This document shows positions 1 through 10,464 of a stretch of 64,000 nt of DNA, one piece after another; the stretch's first letter is position 1; every line of letters starts with the position of its first letter. A program made the translations under genes and the position numbers. The stretch is from an uncultured delta proteobacterium. Lineage in GTDB: Bacteria > Myxococcota_A > Polyangia > Polyangiales > Polyangiaceae. Under the pieces are notes generated by a model, which was not told where the DNA came from, did not search any database, and saw nothing but the letters and a program-made list of their open reading frames with translations. The stretch spans positions 1-64,000 of the forward strand of contig CAWDXG010000002.1 of assembly GCA_963806225.1 (NCBI GenBank). The letters run 5' to 3'.

Positions 1-449
1 ATGTCCCGGGCGATGCGCGCGGACAGCGCTGCAGCGGCGTCGCGATCGGCCTTGGGTGCCGCGGAAACCGCCAACGACGACACGCCCTTGAGTGCACCTT
101 CGCGCGCCGCAGCCACCGTACCGCTGTAGAACACGTCATCGCCGAGATTGACGCCGTGGTTCAGCCCCGACACCACCAGGTCGGGCCAGCGCCGCAGCAC
201 ACGGTCGGCGGCATGCAGCGCCACGTAGACGCAGTCCGCCGGCGTGCCATCGACCGAGAACTCGCGCTCGCTGTGCCGGAACAGGCGCAGCGGCCGGTGC
301 AGGCTCAGCGCGTGACTGGCGGCGCTCTGCTCCGACTCTGGAGCCGAGACGACCACGTCGGCGAACTGCTCGAGCGCCGCGCGCAGCGCAGCGATTCCGC
401 TGGATCGGTAGCCGTCGTCGTTCGCGAGCAGGACCAGGGGGCGGGTCAT
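1..449 (-). CDS. surE: 5'/3'-nucleotidase SurE (3' end runs off the window)
   Basis: Not in the ORF track. Manual translation from ATG 449 gives MTRPLVLLANDDGY...SAPESEQSAASHALSL...VDGTPADCV...PDLVVSGLNHGVNLGDDVFYSGTVAAAREG, which contains all SurE signature motifs. Confidence 0.95.
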   Translation of the reverse strand, partial: MTRPLVLLANDDGYRSSGIAALRAALEQFADVVVSAPESEQSAASHALSLHRPLRLFRHSEREFSVDGTPADCVYVALHAADRVLRRWPDLVVSGLNHGVNLGDDVFYSGTVAAAREGALKGVSSLAVSAAPKADRDAAAALSARIARD

Positions 450-509
450 GGGGCGCGCAGTCTAGGCCACGAACCGGTGCCGGCCAACCTGGGGTATGCT
501 GCGCCGCGC

Positions 510-1724
510 GTGAGCGGAGTCGACCCGGAGCTGATCCACGAGATCGAGGTGCTGATCGGCGAAGCGGTCGCCCGTTTCGGCGTCGCGGGACGGGTGCGGA
601 TCGCCGCCGGCGTGGCGCTGCTGGAAGGCAGCGGCCCCACAAGCCGGGTGGAGATCGGCGCGCTGCTCGAGCAGTGGGACACGCTGCCGCGGGACATCCG
701 GCATCGCCGGGTGAACGAGCTGGCGCGGCAGCTCGTCGGCGACCGCAGAGCGGCGACGAAGACGCTGCCAGGGCGGCGCTTCGCGGTGCTCGGCTGGATC
801 CTGCCGCTCTTGATCGTGGTGGGCGGTGGCGCGCTCGTGTACGTCGCCTACCAGATGCTGGCGCCCGGACAGCACGGCCGGGCGGCAGTGGAGACACCCG
901 ACGGCCCCGCTGCTCCTTCGAGCACGCTGGGCGACGAGGACCGCAGCCAGCGCGGCGCCCGGATCTGCAATATCACCCGGGCCCGGGTGATGCGGGGCGC
1001 AAGCGTCGGACCGGCCGACGTGGAGGGTTGGGTGGTGGAGCTCGTGCTTCTCCGCGCGGGCGACACGCCGCCCCTCGACCTCGACCCCGGGCTCGACGCT
1101 TTCATCCGCCGCAGCCCGGGACAAGCGTCGGGCAGCTTCGTCTGGGACGGCGCACAGGTACTGGCGGCTCTCCACGGACCGATGACGCATGTGACCGTCA
1201 CCGACGCCAGCCTCCCTCCGTCCGGAAAGGCCCGCTTCCGCGGCGTCGCCCTCACCTTTAGCGGCCGCTACGTGACGCCCTATTTCACGGAAAGCGAACG
1301 CGGCGACTACCTGAAGACGGCCGATGCGCTCGCCACACGGCTCGGGGCCCTCTACGGCGCCCTCTACGCGCACTGCGCCGGAGGCACCACCCACCACATC
1401 GGGTCGTGGTTCCGCGGCCCCGATCCAGCCGGAGCCGCCGCGGCGCTGGTGTACTTCGTCGGCACCTATGCACCCGGTTCGCAGGTGCGCCACGCCGTGC
1501 TCGCGCCGCACGGAAAGCTGGATCGCGTCGGCGCGCTCGAGCGGATAGCACAGGCCACCCGTCAGCTCGACAAGCGCCGCACCGCCACGCTGCTCGGAGA
1601 CAGCGGCGGCAGCATCGCGGTCCGCCCGGGCGGCCCCGCCACCCTCCTCTTCCCCTTCCACGAAGCCAACCGCGCCGAGCGCGGCAGCGAGGCAATCGCC
1701 AACGCGGTGCGGCTGTCGCACTGA
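510..1724 (+). CDS. Hypothetical single-pass membrane protein
   Basis: ORF 156..1724, but its 5' part overlaps surE, so the start is moved to GTG 510 (TATGCT at 495-500). One hydrophobic segment FAVLGWILPLLIVVGGGALVYVAY. Confidence 0.7.
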   Translation: MSGVDPELIHEIEVLIGEAVARFGVAGRVRIAAGVALLEGSGPTSRVEIGALLEQWDTLPRDIRHRRVNELARQLVGDRRAATKTLPGRRFAVLGWILPLLIVVGGGALVYVAYQMLAPGQHGRAAVETPDGPAAPSSTLGDEDRSQRGARICNITRARVMRGASVGPADVEGWVVELVLLRAGDTPPLDLDPGLDAFIRRSPGQASGSFVWDGAQVLAALHGPMTHVTVTDASLPPSGKARFRGVALTFSGRYVTPYFTESERGDYLKTADALATRLGALYGALYAHCAGGTTHHIGSWFRGPDPAGAAAALVYFVGTYAPGSQVRHAVLAPHGKLDRVGALERIAQATRQLDKRRTATLLGDSGGSIAVRPGGPATLLFPFHEANRAERGSEAIANAVRLSH

Positions 1725-1761
1725 GTGACGCGCGACTGCCGGGCCGAAGGGCCGTGCAGCT

Positions 1762-2082
1762 CTAACTGCCGTCGACGCCGATCAGCTTCGAGAGCTCGCC
1801 GCGCTCGAACAGGTCGGTGACGATGTCGCAGCCGCCGACGAATTTCCCGTCGACATATAGCTGTGGGATCGTCGGCCAGTTCGAGTACTCCTTGATGCCC
1901 TGCCGCACGGCGGGATCGGTGAGCACGTTCACGTCCTGGAACTCGGCCCCGAGCTGCTTGAGAATGTTGACCACCTGGGCCGAAAACCCGCACTGCGGGA
2001 ACATGCGACTGCCCTTCATGAACAGCACGATCCGGTTCTGCTCGACCGTGCCCTTGATCTGCTCGCGCGTCATGTCGTCCAT
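1762..2082 (-). CDS. grxD: Monothiol glutaredoxin (Grx4/GrxD)
   Basis: LFMKG..FPQCGFS, WPTIPQLYVDGKFVGGCDI. Its ATG overlaps the bolA stop codon. Confidence 0.95.
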   Translation of the reverse strand: MDDMTREQIKGTVEQNRIVLFMKGSRMFPQCGFSAQVVNILKQLGAEFQDVNVLTDPAVRQGIKEYSNWPTIPQLYVDGKFVGGCDIVTDLFERGELSKLIGVDGS

Positions 2083-2339
2083 CACTTGCCTCCGCTCGCT
2101 TTTGCCCACGCCTCGGGCGTGTACGTCCTGAGCGCGAGGGCATGGATCGGACCGCCCATGGCATCGCCCAGCGCCGCGTAGACCAGCTGGTGCTGCTCGA
2201 CCAGCGACTTGCCCGCGAACGCGCCGGAGACGATGCGCGCCTGGTAGTGGTCCTGCGTCCCGGTCATGTCCTCGAGCTCGATGTCGGCATCGGGAAAGGC
2301 CTTGTCGAGCAGCCCGCGTACCTGGGCAGGATCCATCAT
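2082..2339 (-). CDS. BolA/IbaG family protein
   Basis: DHYQARIVSGAFAGKSLVEQHQLVYAALG...IHALALRT. Adjacent to grxD, the usual pairing. Confidence 0.92.
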   Translation of the reverse strand: MMDPAQVRGLLDKAFPDADIELEDMTGTQDHYQARIVSGAFAGKSLVEQHQLVYAALGDAMGGPIHALALRTYTPEAWAKASGGK

Positions 2340-2407
2340 TTCCGGCAATAGATGACGCAACGTCACCTGGCTGTCAATGTCCGGCGGTCCCGGCCCCGGC
2401 GGCGCGG

Positions 2408-4412
2408 CTAGGACTTCGGCGGTAGCGGCTTTTCCAGCTTGATGCCGTGGATGGCGTCGCGGAAGCGGACCTGCTGCTCGTTGATGGCCATCTTCACCTC
2501 GATCATGCGCTTGGTGATCTGCTCGAGGCGCGAGGTCACGTCGCTCAGACGCCGGGTGAGCTTGAGCGCGCAGATCGGCGGCCTGCTTGTTCTTCTCGAT
2601 CGAGCTGCAGGCTCAGCCGCGTCTCGCGTGCTTCCTTCTCGAGCTCGTCCTGCTCGTCCGCGAGCTTCTGCCGCTCATCGACGGACTTCTTGAGGTTGTC
2701 GCGGAGTACCCAGGCGTCGGAGAGCTGCTTTGCAATGTGGCTGGTCGGCGCGCGGGTCTTTCAGGTAGGCCTTCACCGCGGTGTCGGCGAGCGGGCTCGA
2801 GCCAGTCGACCTGCTGCTCGGTGCTCTGGCGCTCGTCGACGGTGAGCTCGGCGCGGGCGTGCGGGCGCACGTCGACGGGAATCAGCGCGCTGCCGGTGCC
2901 GGTGTTGTCCTCGGTGCCCTTCGGCGGGTTGTAGCAGCCGCGCGCCGTGGATACGCGGATGCTTGACCAGCACGCGTGCCTTGTCGTCGCTGCCGTTCTT
3001 GATCTTGTAGATGGTACGCGTGACCCGATCGCGCTCGATCGTCAGCGCGCCCGACTCGATGCTGATGCAGGCGCGCCCCGGCCTGGTCGAATTTGCGGTC
3101 GCCCTCGACAGCGAGGCTGCGCTCGAGTGCGAACGGCACGGTGGCGGTGGCTCCGGGCGGCAGCGGGTCGACCATGCCCTGGCCCAGGAACGAGCCCTTC
3201 TCGAACACGGCGATCGGACCGCGCTCGAGCAGACCCTTGGTGTCGTTGGTGAAGCGCGCCACGCGGAACGGGTGCGAGCTCGAGTCGGGCACACCGCCGT
3301 CGGGTGCGAACAGGAACACCGCCTCGCCCGGCACGTGGTGGCTGAGCAGCAGCACCATGGTGGCGCTCTTGTCGGGCACGGTGATGGGATTCGGGATCTC
3401 GTAGCGCGTGGTGCCGGTGTCGATGGCCACTGCGGCTAGCGCCCGCAGGTTCCGCGGTCGCGCTCGGGCCGCGACGGCGCGCCTGTTCGAGCGCCATCTG
3501 GCGGCGCGCTGCCGCGCTGGGCACCTTGGGAGCCGGCCGCTCGGCCGGCGCGGCCGGCTCGTCGTTCGCAGCAGCGCGCGTACTGCTCGAGGGTTTGCGG
3601 GCGGCGTGCCCGCGGCCGAGGCCGCCTCCCCCGGCGTAGCCGCCCGCCTCGCCAGTGCGCCCTGTCTGCCTTCTCGGCCTTCTTCTTCGTCCTGGTCTCG
3701 TCGCCGACGCGATCGACGGCGCCCTTGTCGTTCTCCTCGAGCGAGGTCTCTCCCTCTGGCACGGAGGTGATCACCTCGCCCGTGTCGGTGACGACGGGCC
3801 GCTGCGGGAATGACGGGCTCACCCAGCGTCGACTGGAACGCCAGCGGCGCGCCGGCCACCAGCGCGAGCTTCACGTTGTCCCAATCCTCGCCCGAGAGGT
3901 TCTGCACGATGCCCCAGGCCTGCAGATCGCGCGCCCTTGTCGCGCACGACGAGCCGATACGACGGACGCCACACCGGCGTCTCGGCAACGTAGCCGACAG
4001 CCAGATCGTGCTCGCTGCCGTCGAGGCGCAGCACGACCTTGCGCAGCTTCTCGGCCCGGATCCTCGGGCTCGGGCGCCGGCCCGGGAAACGGCTTGAGCA
4101 TGCTCTGCAGCCGTGCGTCGGGCTGGGGCTTGTCCTGGTCTTCGGGCAGCTCCAGCGGGAACGACGCCGAGCGCACCGAGCTGCCGCCCTGCTCCACGAT
4201 GGCGAGCGTCGCCAGGAAGTCGCCCACCATGCGCTGGCGCATCTTGAACGTGACCTGCGACTCGTCGACGTGTCCGGACCGCTCGAAGTACCCGACGCCG
4301 TTGCGGTAGACGACCACGCGCGTGAGGGGCAGCTGGCCGGTCGTGATGTTGGGACCGCGCGCGCAACCTGCGAGCTGAGCGCGGCCAGAGCGATTGAACA
4401 CACGTAGCGCAT
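2408..4412 (-). CDS. DUF4139/DUF4140-like exported protein, broken by several frameshifts
   Basis: Fragments in different frames join into one protein: signal peptide, LPLTRVVVYRNGVGYFER, YVAETPVWRPSYRL, LQAWGIVQNLSGEDWDNVKLALVAGAP, RYEIPNPITVPDKSATMV, ending ...IKLEKPLPPKS at TAG 2408. Confidence 0.75.
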
Positions 4413-4652
4413 CAGCGCCTCCCTTCCGGACCGAGCCGGCAGACCCGCCCCCCGAGCGAGGGCAAGGGCGGCACGAAGCCGCACCCGACCGAGCCATAGC
4501 GAATCCCACGCCGCGAAAACAGCCCTGGGCGCTGGCGCGCGGTCGAAAACGTCCCAGGAGCACCGGAGCGCGGAAAAAAGCAGAGCATCGACCCGGTTCT
4601 ACGCACCCGGCTCTGGTCGGATCTCCTGAAAGGGATGTTATTCTGCCGCACC

Positions 4653-5714
4653 GTGACTGGAGCCGCACCGCCCCCGAAGCCGCCGCCGCCCCCCCATCGT
4701 CCGCCGCCGCCCCCGCGACGACCGCCCAAGCCAGGCCAGCCGCCGCCCTCGATGAGCGAGAGCCAGAAGGACGCGCTGGCGCTGCAGGCGCTCGGTCTGC
4801 TCAACGAGCAGGTCCAGGCGCGCATCGTGCACTACAAGGGGGATCTCGAGACCAGCCCCGAGCTGGACGCGGTGACCGCGCAGGTCGTCGCGCAGCTCAA
4901 GCAGATGCAGGCTGCGATGGGCACGGAGGGCGGTTCGCGCCCCCCGCCCGAACAGCTCGAGGGCCAGCAGGTCCGCACCCTCGCCAAGCTCCTGACGCGG
5001 CTCTTCGCCCCCGGCGATCAATCGGCGTTTGCCACCCACAACCTGAAGTCGATCGGGCGCCGCGTCGCCAAGCTGTTCTTCGAAAGCGAGCTGCACGAAA
5101 AGACGAAGGGCGACAAGGAAAAGACCATCTATCACGCCGAGCAGGGCGTGTATTACGTGCTCACGCGCTACAAGAACCGCCTGCGCGCCGAGCTCGACGG
5201 CTTCGACTACGTGAACGACGAGGTCAAGCAGCTGACCCTCGAGTTGCTCGCCAAGATGGAGCGCGAGCTGCAGGTCGCCTTCCTGTCGCGGCGCTCGCCC
5301 GAGCTCAACCGCGTCATGAACATCTACTCCTCGGTGCTGATGGACTTCCTGCACCAGCACCTGCCGCCGCGCGTGGAGCAGATGGCCAAGGTGACGATCC
5401 GCGCCGCGGAGACCGCCCGCCAGCAAAACAGCGTCGGCTACAAGGTGCTGGCGGATCGCTTCCCGCAGTTCCGGACCGAGTGGGAACGGCTGCTCATGCA
5501 GCAGATGGTCTACTACTGCGGCGACGAGCTGATGGCGCGGCTGACGGGAGGCGAAGAAGCCTTCCACGAGGAAACCGTGAAGTTCTTCACCGACCCACAC
5601 ATCTTCAGCGAGACGTGCGAGGTGCTGTGCGACTCGCTGTACGATTTCCTGTGCCTAGAGGGCTTCCTCGATCTGCCGGTCGACTGGCGCGTGAAGCTCG
5701 GGCGCGAGGGCTAG
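4653..5714 (+). CDS. Hypothetical protein with Pro-rich N-terminus and helical body
   Basis: ORF 4635..5714 with strong GC3 bias. GTG 4653 preferred because TG-n-TATTCT lies 8 nt upstream. Confidence 0.75.
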   Translation: MTGAAPPPKPPPPPHRPPPPPRRPPKPGQPPPSMSESQKDALALQALGLLNEQVQARIVHYKGDLETSPELDAVTAQVVAQLKQMQAAMGTEGGSRPPPEQLEGQQVRTLAKLLTRLFAPGDQSAFATHNLKSIGRRVAKLFFESELHEKTKGDKEKTIYHAEQGVYYVLTRYKNRLRAELDGFDYVNDEVKQLTLELLAKMERELQVAFLSRRSPELNRVMNIYSSVLMDFLHQHLPPRVEQMAKVTIRAAETARQQNSVGYKVLADRFPQFRTEWERLLMQQMVYYCGDELMARLTGGEEAFHEETVKFFTDPHIFSETCEVLCDSLYDFLCLEGFLDLPVDWRVKLGREG

Positions 5715-5759
5715 GCCGGCGCGAGCGCTTCGCGCTGCACGATCTGCTAGCCTGCCGGC

Positions 5760-7602
5760 ATGTGGCTTCTGCGCACCGGCCTGTCCTGCTGTACCGCCGC
5801 CGCCCTGTTGCTCGCCGGGCAGGCGCGCGCCGACTCGCTCGTGCCGGCACAGGGTCAGCCGGGCTACGACGCGGCGCTGGCACAGAAGGCGGACGACTAC
5901 AGCCGGGTGATCCACGCCATCATGACGCCTTCGCTCGGCTGGGGGCTGCGAAGCCGACATCAGCGACCCGGCGAACCGCCAGCTCGTCGATGACTTCGTC
6001 AAGTCGGGCTCGCGCGACTTCCAGGCCCAGACGGGCAAGCATCCGTACCAGATCGTGGACAGCTACGGCGAGTTCGGCGACCTCGGCATGTTCGGCGGCG
6101 TCCAGGCCGCCGGCGATGCATTCCGATACGCGGTGCTGCGTGATTCGGGCGCGCCGCGCGCGCGCGTCGATGAAGCGCGGAACCAGCTGGAAGCCGCCAT
6201 GCGCGGGCTGCACTGGTACATGGAGGTCACCGGAGAGCCCGGCGTCATCGCCCGCGGGCTCCAGCGCATCACGCCGGAAGCCGGCGATCCGCCGCTGCCC
6301 GGCACGCCACCCGCCACGGTGCCGCTCGCGGATGCCAACGGCCAGCCGCAACCCGCCGACAAGCAGCCGACCTGGCGCGCGGACCGTTCCGGCAAGCTGC
6401 CCTTCTTGATCTGGGAAGACGACACGTCGAAGGACCAGTTCGACGGCTATGTGTTCGCCCTGGGCGTCGTCTACGACGTGACATCCAAGGACCCCGACAT
6501 TCCGGCTTCGCTGCTGGAGCCGCTCGTCGAGGACGCCCGCGCGCTCGGACACAAGCTGATGCAGAAAGTCCAGATCGGAAAGAACACGATCGATCTGGTG
6601 CTCGTGGACGCCGATGGTCGCCCCACAACCTTTCACGACATCAACGCCCGCGAGATCACGCCGGGCCTCGTCGTGGCGACTCCGACCAATGGCTTCAACG
6701 CGTTGATGGCGCTGGGCGCGATGCGCACGTTCTACCAGATGACCGGTGACGCGGAGATCGGGCGCTTCTACTACGACGAGCTGCTCGGCACGCGGGACTA
6801 CCTGAAGTCCGCCGAGGACACGCTGCCGATCGTCTACATGAAGGCCGCGACGAACTACTCGTCCGTCAACATGGCGTTCGTAGCGGCCTACAACCTGCTG
6901 CGCTACGAGAGCGATCCGGCCGTTTTTGCCCGGGCCGCGGACATCCTCGACGAAAAGCTCTACGCGCCCGGCAAGGACCGCCAGGCGCAGGGACTCAAGC
7001 AGTCCTTCTTCGACCTGATCGACGCCGCCTTCCGCAAGGGCGGCAGCTCCGGAAACGGCGCCCAGGCCGTGAGCGACGCCCTCGACACACTCGGCGGCTT
7101 TCCCGCAGCACCGTTCTGGAACGACGCGGTAGAAAACTGCGATCCGACAGAGATCGCCGCCGGCAGCTGCACGGCCATCGATGGCAAGACCCAGATCACG
7201 CTCGACACCGGCCAGGGACACGGCAGCTCGCTGGTCGCCACCGAGCCACTGCCCATAAAGCTCCGACCGCCCAGCAACTTCGAGTGGCGCAGCGACCCCT
7301 ACGATGTGAACGGCGGCGGCGGACCGCTGCTGGACCCGGGCGGTGGGTTCCACTGCGCGTACTGGATGGGGCGCTTCCTGAAGTCGACGCACAACGGCGC
7401 CGACAACGTGTCTCCGGATGCCCGCACCGCGCCGGCGCCCGGCGATGGCGGCGCGGCACCGGGCGCGAGCGGTGGCTGCGGCTGTCGGCTCGGCGGAAGC
7501 CCGAGCCCGTCTTCCTCGGCACTGCTGGCACTGGCCCTGCTCGGTCTGGTTCTGGGGATGCGCCGTCGGCGTGCGGAACGCCGGGAGCCTTGCCGGCGTT
7601 GA
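5760..7602 (+). CDS. Secreted protein with MYXO-CTERM-type sorting signal (one frameshift near 5948)
   Basis: Signal peptide (..LLLAGQARA) in ORF 5760..5993 continues in the frame of ORF 6055..7602. C-terminus GCGCRLGG..SALLALALLGLVLGMRRRR. Confidence 0.8.
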
Positions 7603-7612
7603 CGGGGACGGG

Positions 7613-8128
7613 ATGAAGCGCTGGATCGCCATCGGCGGCATTGCCCTGGGAGTGGGGCTCGTGGGCTATGCGCTGCTGTCCCGCGACACCGACGAGGAGC
7701 TGATCCGGGCGCGGCTCGATCAGCTGACCACCGCGGTACGCGTCGACCAGGGCGACAATCCGCTGACACGCGGAGCACGCGTGCGCCGCGCGTTCAACGA
7801 AGTGCTCTCGCGCAACATCGTGGTCCGCATTCCGGACCTTCCCGATCCCGGACAGGGCCGCGAGGGTCTGCTCGGCGTCGCCATGTACGCAGGCCACCGC
7901 TACCGGACCGCCGAGGTGGCGCTGTCGGACACGTCGATCCAGCTCGATACCCGGAAGATCGAGGCCAGCGTGAAGAGCGAAGCCACGCTCACCGCCACCG
8001 ATGCCGCGGGCCTGCACCGCCAGAACCGCCACGTCCTGTTCCGCTTCACCCGAGCCGCCGACCATTGGCGCATCTCGTCGATCGAAGTCAGCGCTCCACC
8101 TGATCTGCCGCCCGAAGCCCGCCCGTAG
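7613..8128 (+). CDS. Hypothetical membrane-anchored protein, possibly NTF2/SnoaL-like fold
   Basis: MKRWIAIGGIALGVGLVGYALL anchor; beta-rich C-terminus ending in a W-R-I-S-S-I-E-V pattern. Confidence 0.65.
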   Translation: MKRWIAIGGIALGVGLVGYALLSRDTDEELIRARLDQLTTAVRVDQGDNPLTRGARVRRAFNEVLSRNIVVRIPDLPDPGQGREGLLGVAMYAGHRYRTAEVALSDTSIQLDTRKIEASVKSEATLTATDAAGLHRQNRHVLFRFTRAADHWRISSIEVSAPPDLPPEARP

Positions 8129-8195
8129 TTGCTTCGAGCGACGCTCGGCCGGCGGAAACTGCCCGGAACCGGCGGCAATCGTCTACACTCCCGGC

Positions 8196-9122
8196 ATGCG
8201 CAGTCGTTGGCTCTTTGCCGCAGGGCTCCTGCTCGCGGTTTTCGTCCTCGCCGCCCCGGGCTGCGGGGCGAAGTCCGGGTTCGAGACCCAGGCCGATATC
8301 ACCGGCAGCGACGGCGGGCTCACCTGCGGGAACGGCAGCTGCGGCGCCGGCGAGACGTGCAGCTCCTGCCCGCAGGACTGCGGGGTATGCGACTCCTGCG
8401 GGAACGGCAGCTGCGACGCGGACGAGACCTGCAGCTCCTGCCCCGGCGATTGCGGGCTGTGCACGACGTGCGGCGACGGCACGTGCCAGAAGAGCGAGTC
8501 CTGCTACTCCTGCCCGCAGGACTGCGGCGCCTGCTCCACCTGCGGCGACGGATACTGCAAGGGCGGCGAGACGTGTCTGACCTGCGCGCCCGACTGTGGC
8601 GCGTGCGACACCTGCGGCGACGGCACCTGCAACTCCGCCGCCGGTGAGGATTGCTTCACCTGCCCCGAGGACTGCGGCAAGTGCGCAGGCTGCGGCGACG
8701 GCAAGTGCGGCGGAACCGAGACGTGCGCATCGTGCCCGCAGGACTGCGGCACGTGCTCGGTGTGCGGCAACGGCAAGTGCGAGACGAGCGAGTACGAGAC
8801 CTGCGTCAACTGCCCCAAGGACTGCGGTCAGTGCAACCAGATCGGCTGCTTCCAGATCGTCACCTGCACGCTCGGCTGCCTCGACCTGGGCGCGAACCCG
8901 CCGAACTTCAGCGTGAGCTGCATCGGGAACTGCGTCTCCAAGGGCTGCCCCGACGTGCAGTTCTTCGTCGACCAGGCCGTCAACTGCGCCGTATCGCACA
9001 TCAACGACATCTCGAACTGCGCTTCTGGCCAGGGCGGTGCCGGCGTGTTCGGCTGCCTGCAGAAGTCCTGCGGCCCCGAGGTCACCGCCTGCCTGGGCGC
9101 GGTCTGTCCGCCTTCGCCGTAA
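8196..9122 (+). CDS. Cys-rich repeat lipoprotein
   Basis: Lipobox-like LAAPGC followed by seven CG(N/D)GxC...ExCxxCPxDCG repeats. Confidence 0.85.
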   Translation: MRSRWLFAAGLLLAVFVLAAPGCGAKSGFETQADITGSDGGLTCGNGSCGAGETCSSCPQDCGVCDSCGNGSCDADETCSSCPGDCGLCTTCGDGTCQKSESCYSCPQDCGACSTCGDGYCKGGETCLTCAPDCGACDTCGDGTCNSAAGEDCFTCPEDCGKCAGCGDGKCGGTETCASCPQDCGTCSVCGNGKCETSEYETCVNCPKDCGQCNQIGCFQIVTCTLGCLDLGANPPNFSVSCIGNCVSKGCPDVQFFVDQAVNCAVSHINDISNCASGQGGAGVFGCLQKSCGPEVTACLGAVCPPSP

Positions 9123-9351
9123 CCCCGGGCCATCGGGCTGCAACGCTGCGCTCCGCGGCGGGCCCCCAGGCGCTCACAACATCGGCGTCCAGAGCTGTGC
9201 GAATCCAGATGGAAGACGTCACCGACCGGCGAGGCGCCAGCCAGCCGGCCCCTCCCGCGCACGCGCAGCGCCCGAAGGGCGCGAGCATGCGCTTGGGAGG
9301 GGCAAGCTGCGCGAGGGCCCGCAGGGCCCAGCGCAGCGGGGGTGGGCACCC

Positions 9352-10428
9352 TCAGAAGTCGCTGTCCGCGTCGCCCAGCTCGGCGGTGTACGATACGTTC
9401 GCGGTGCCGCCACCCACGACGTTGAGCGGATTCCAGGGCGGGCTGACCTGGCCGACTGCCGCGCTGTTGTCGATGACGACGTAGTACTGGCCCTTCGGCA
9501 GCTTCAGCTTCTGGCGCTGCTCCGCGCCCGGCGGAATCACGAAGGTGGCCATGGGTGGCTGCATGGGCGGGCCGAGCGGCGCGCCGAGCTGCAGCGTATT
9601 GCGCCACAGGTCGCCATTGCCGCGAGGCACGACCAGCGCATCCACGGCTGGCCCTTCCACGCGGAACCGCAGGAACAACGCCTGGTCGCTGTCTGCCACC
9701 TCGAACGGCCCGAGGAAATCCACCTGGCCGGGATGCACTTCCGTCGTCTCGTTCGCAAACACGTAGCGGTCGCTGCCGGAAGTGTTGAACGGGTGTTTCG
9801 GCTTCTGCGGCGGCGAGAGGATGCCGATGGCGAAGTCGTCGCCCTCGTCGGAGTGCACGACCGTGAAGCCGCTGGCCAGCTGGCTCTGCACGATCTGGCT
9901 GCCGAACGTGTTCGCCATGTAGCCCACCGGCGTGCGCGTCGCCCAGTCGACCACCTTGTTCTCGACCGAGCCGATCTTGAACTCGGGCCCGTACGCGATG
10001 CGCGCCAGCCGGGCGTAGACGTACACGGCGTCTTCCGCCATGTAGAAGTCCGGACGGTACTCCACCGCCGTGTCCGCCGAGAAGCCGATGCGGCCGGCGA
10101 TCGGCGTCCAGGCGTAGCCGGTACCCGTGAAGCGGATCGTCACCGTCTGCGCCTGGTCGTTCACGTCCAGGTGGCACTGCTCGGGGAAGAAACGGCCGAT
10201 GGTGTTGCCGTTCGGCGAGAGCTTGAGCGACGCGCCGCGCTTGAGCATCTCCGGGCACATACGCTGCGCGCCGAAATTCGAGAACAACCACCACCTCAGG
10301 CCCGGGCTGGCGTTGACGGCGCTCCTCACGCACGGGCAGCCCACGCCGACCAGCGCGACGAGCACGAGCCCGAGGATGCGCAGCCGCAGCGGCGGAATGC
10401 GCGGCGCACTTCTGGAGACCCTCGGCAT
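9352..10428 (-). CDS. Hypothetical lipoprotein
   Basis: LVLVALVGVGC signal/lipobox; 358-aa beta-rich ORF with typical codon bias. Confidence 0.75.
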   Translation of the reverse strand: MPRVSRSAPRIPPLRLRILGLVLVALVGVGCPCVRSAVNASPGLRWWLFSNFGAQRMCPEMLKRGASLKLSPNGNTIGRFFPEQCHLDVNDQAQTVTIRFTGTGYAWTPIAGRIGFSADTAVEYRPDFYMAEDAVYVYARLARIAYGPEFKIGSVENKVVDWATRTPVGYMANTFGSQIVQSQLASGFTVVHSDEGDDFAIGILSPPQKPKHPFNTSGSDRYVFANETTEVHPGQVDFLGPFEVADSDQALFLRFRVEGPAVDALVVPRGNGDLWRNTLQLGAPLGPPMQPPMATFVIPPGAEQRQKLKLPKGQYYVVIDNSAAVGQVSPPWNPLNVVGGGTANVSYTAELGDADSDF

Positions 10429-10464
10429 GTGGCTACCCCTGATTGGACGCCGGCCGCGCGCGGA

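Noticed and set aside
1762..2339. bolA-grxD coupling as a novel system
   Set aside because: Well-established Fe-S trafficking gene pair.
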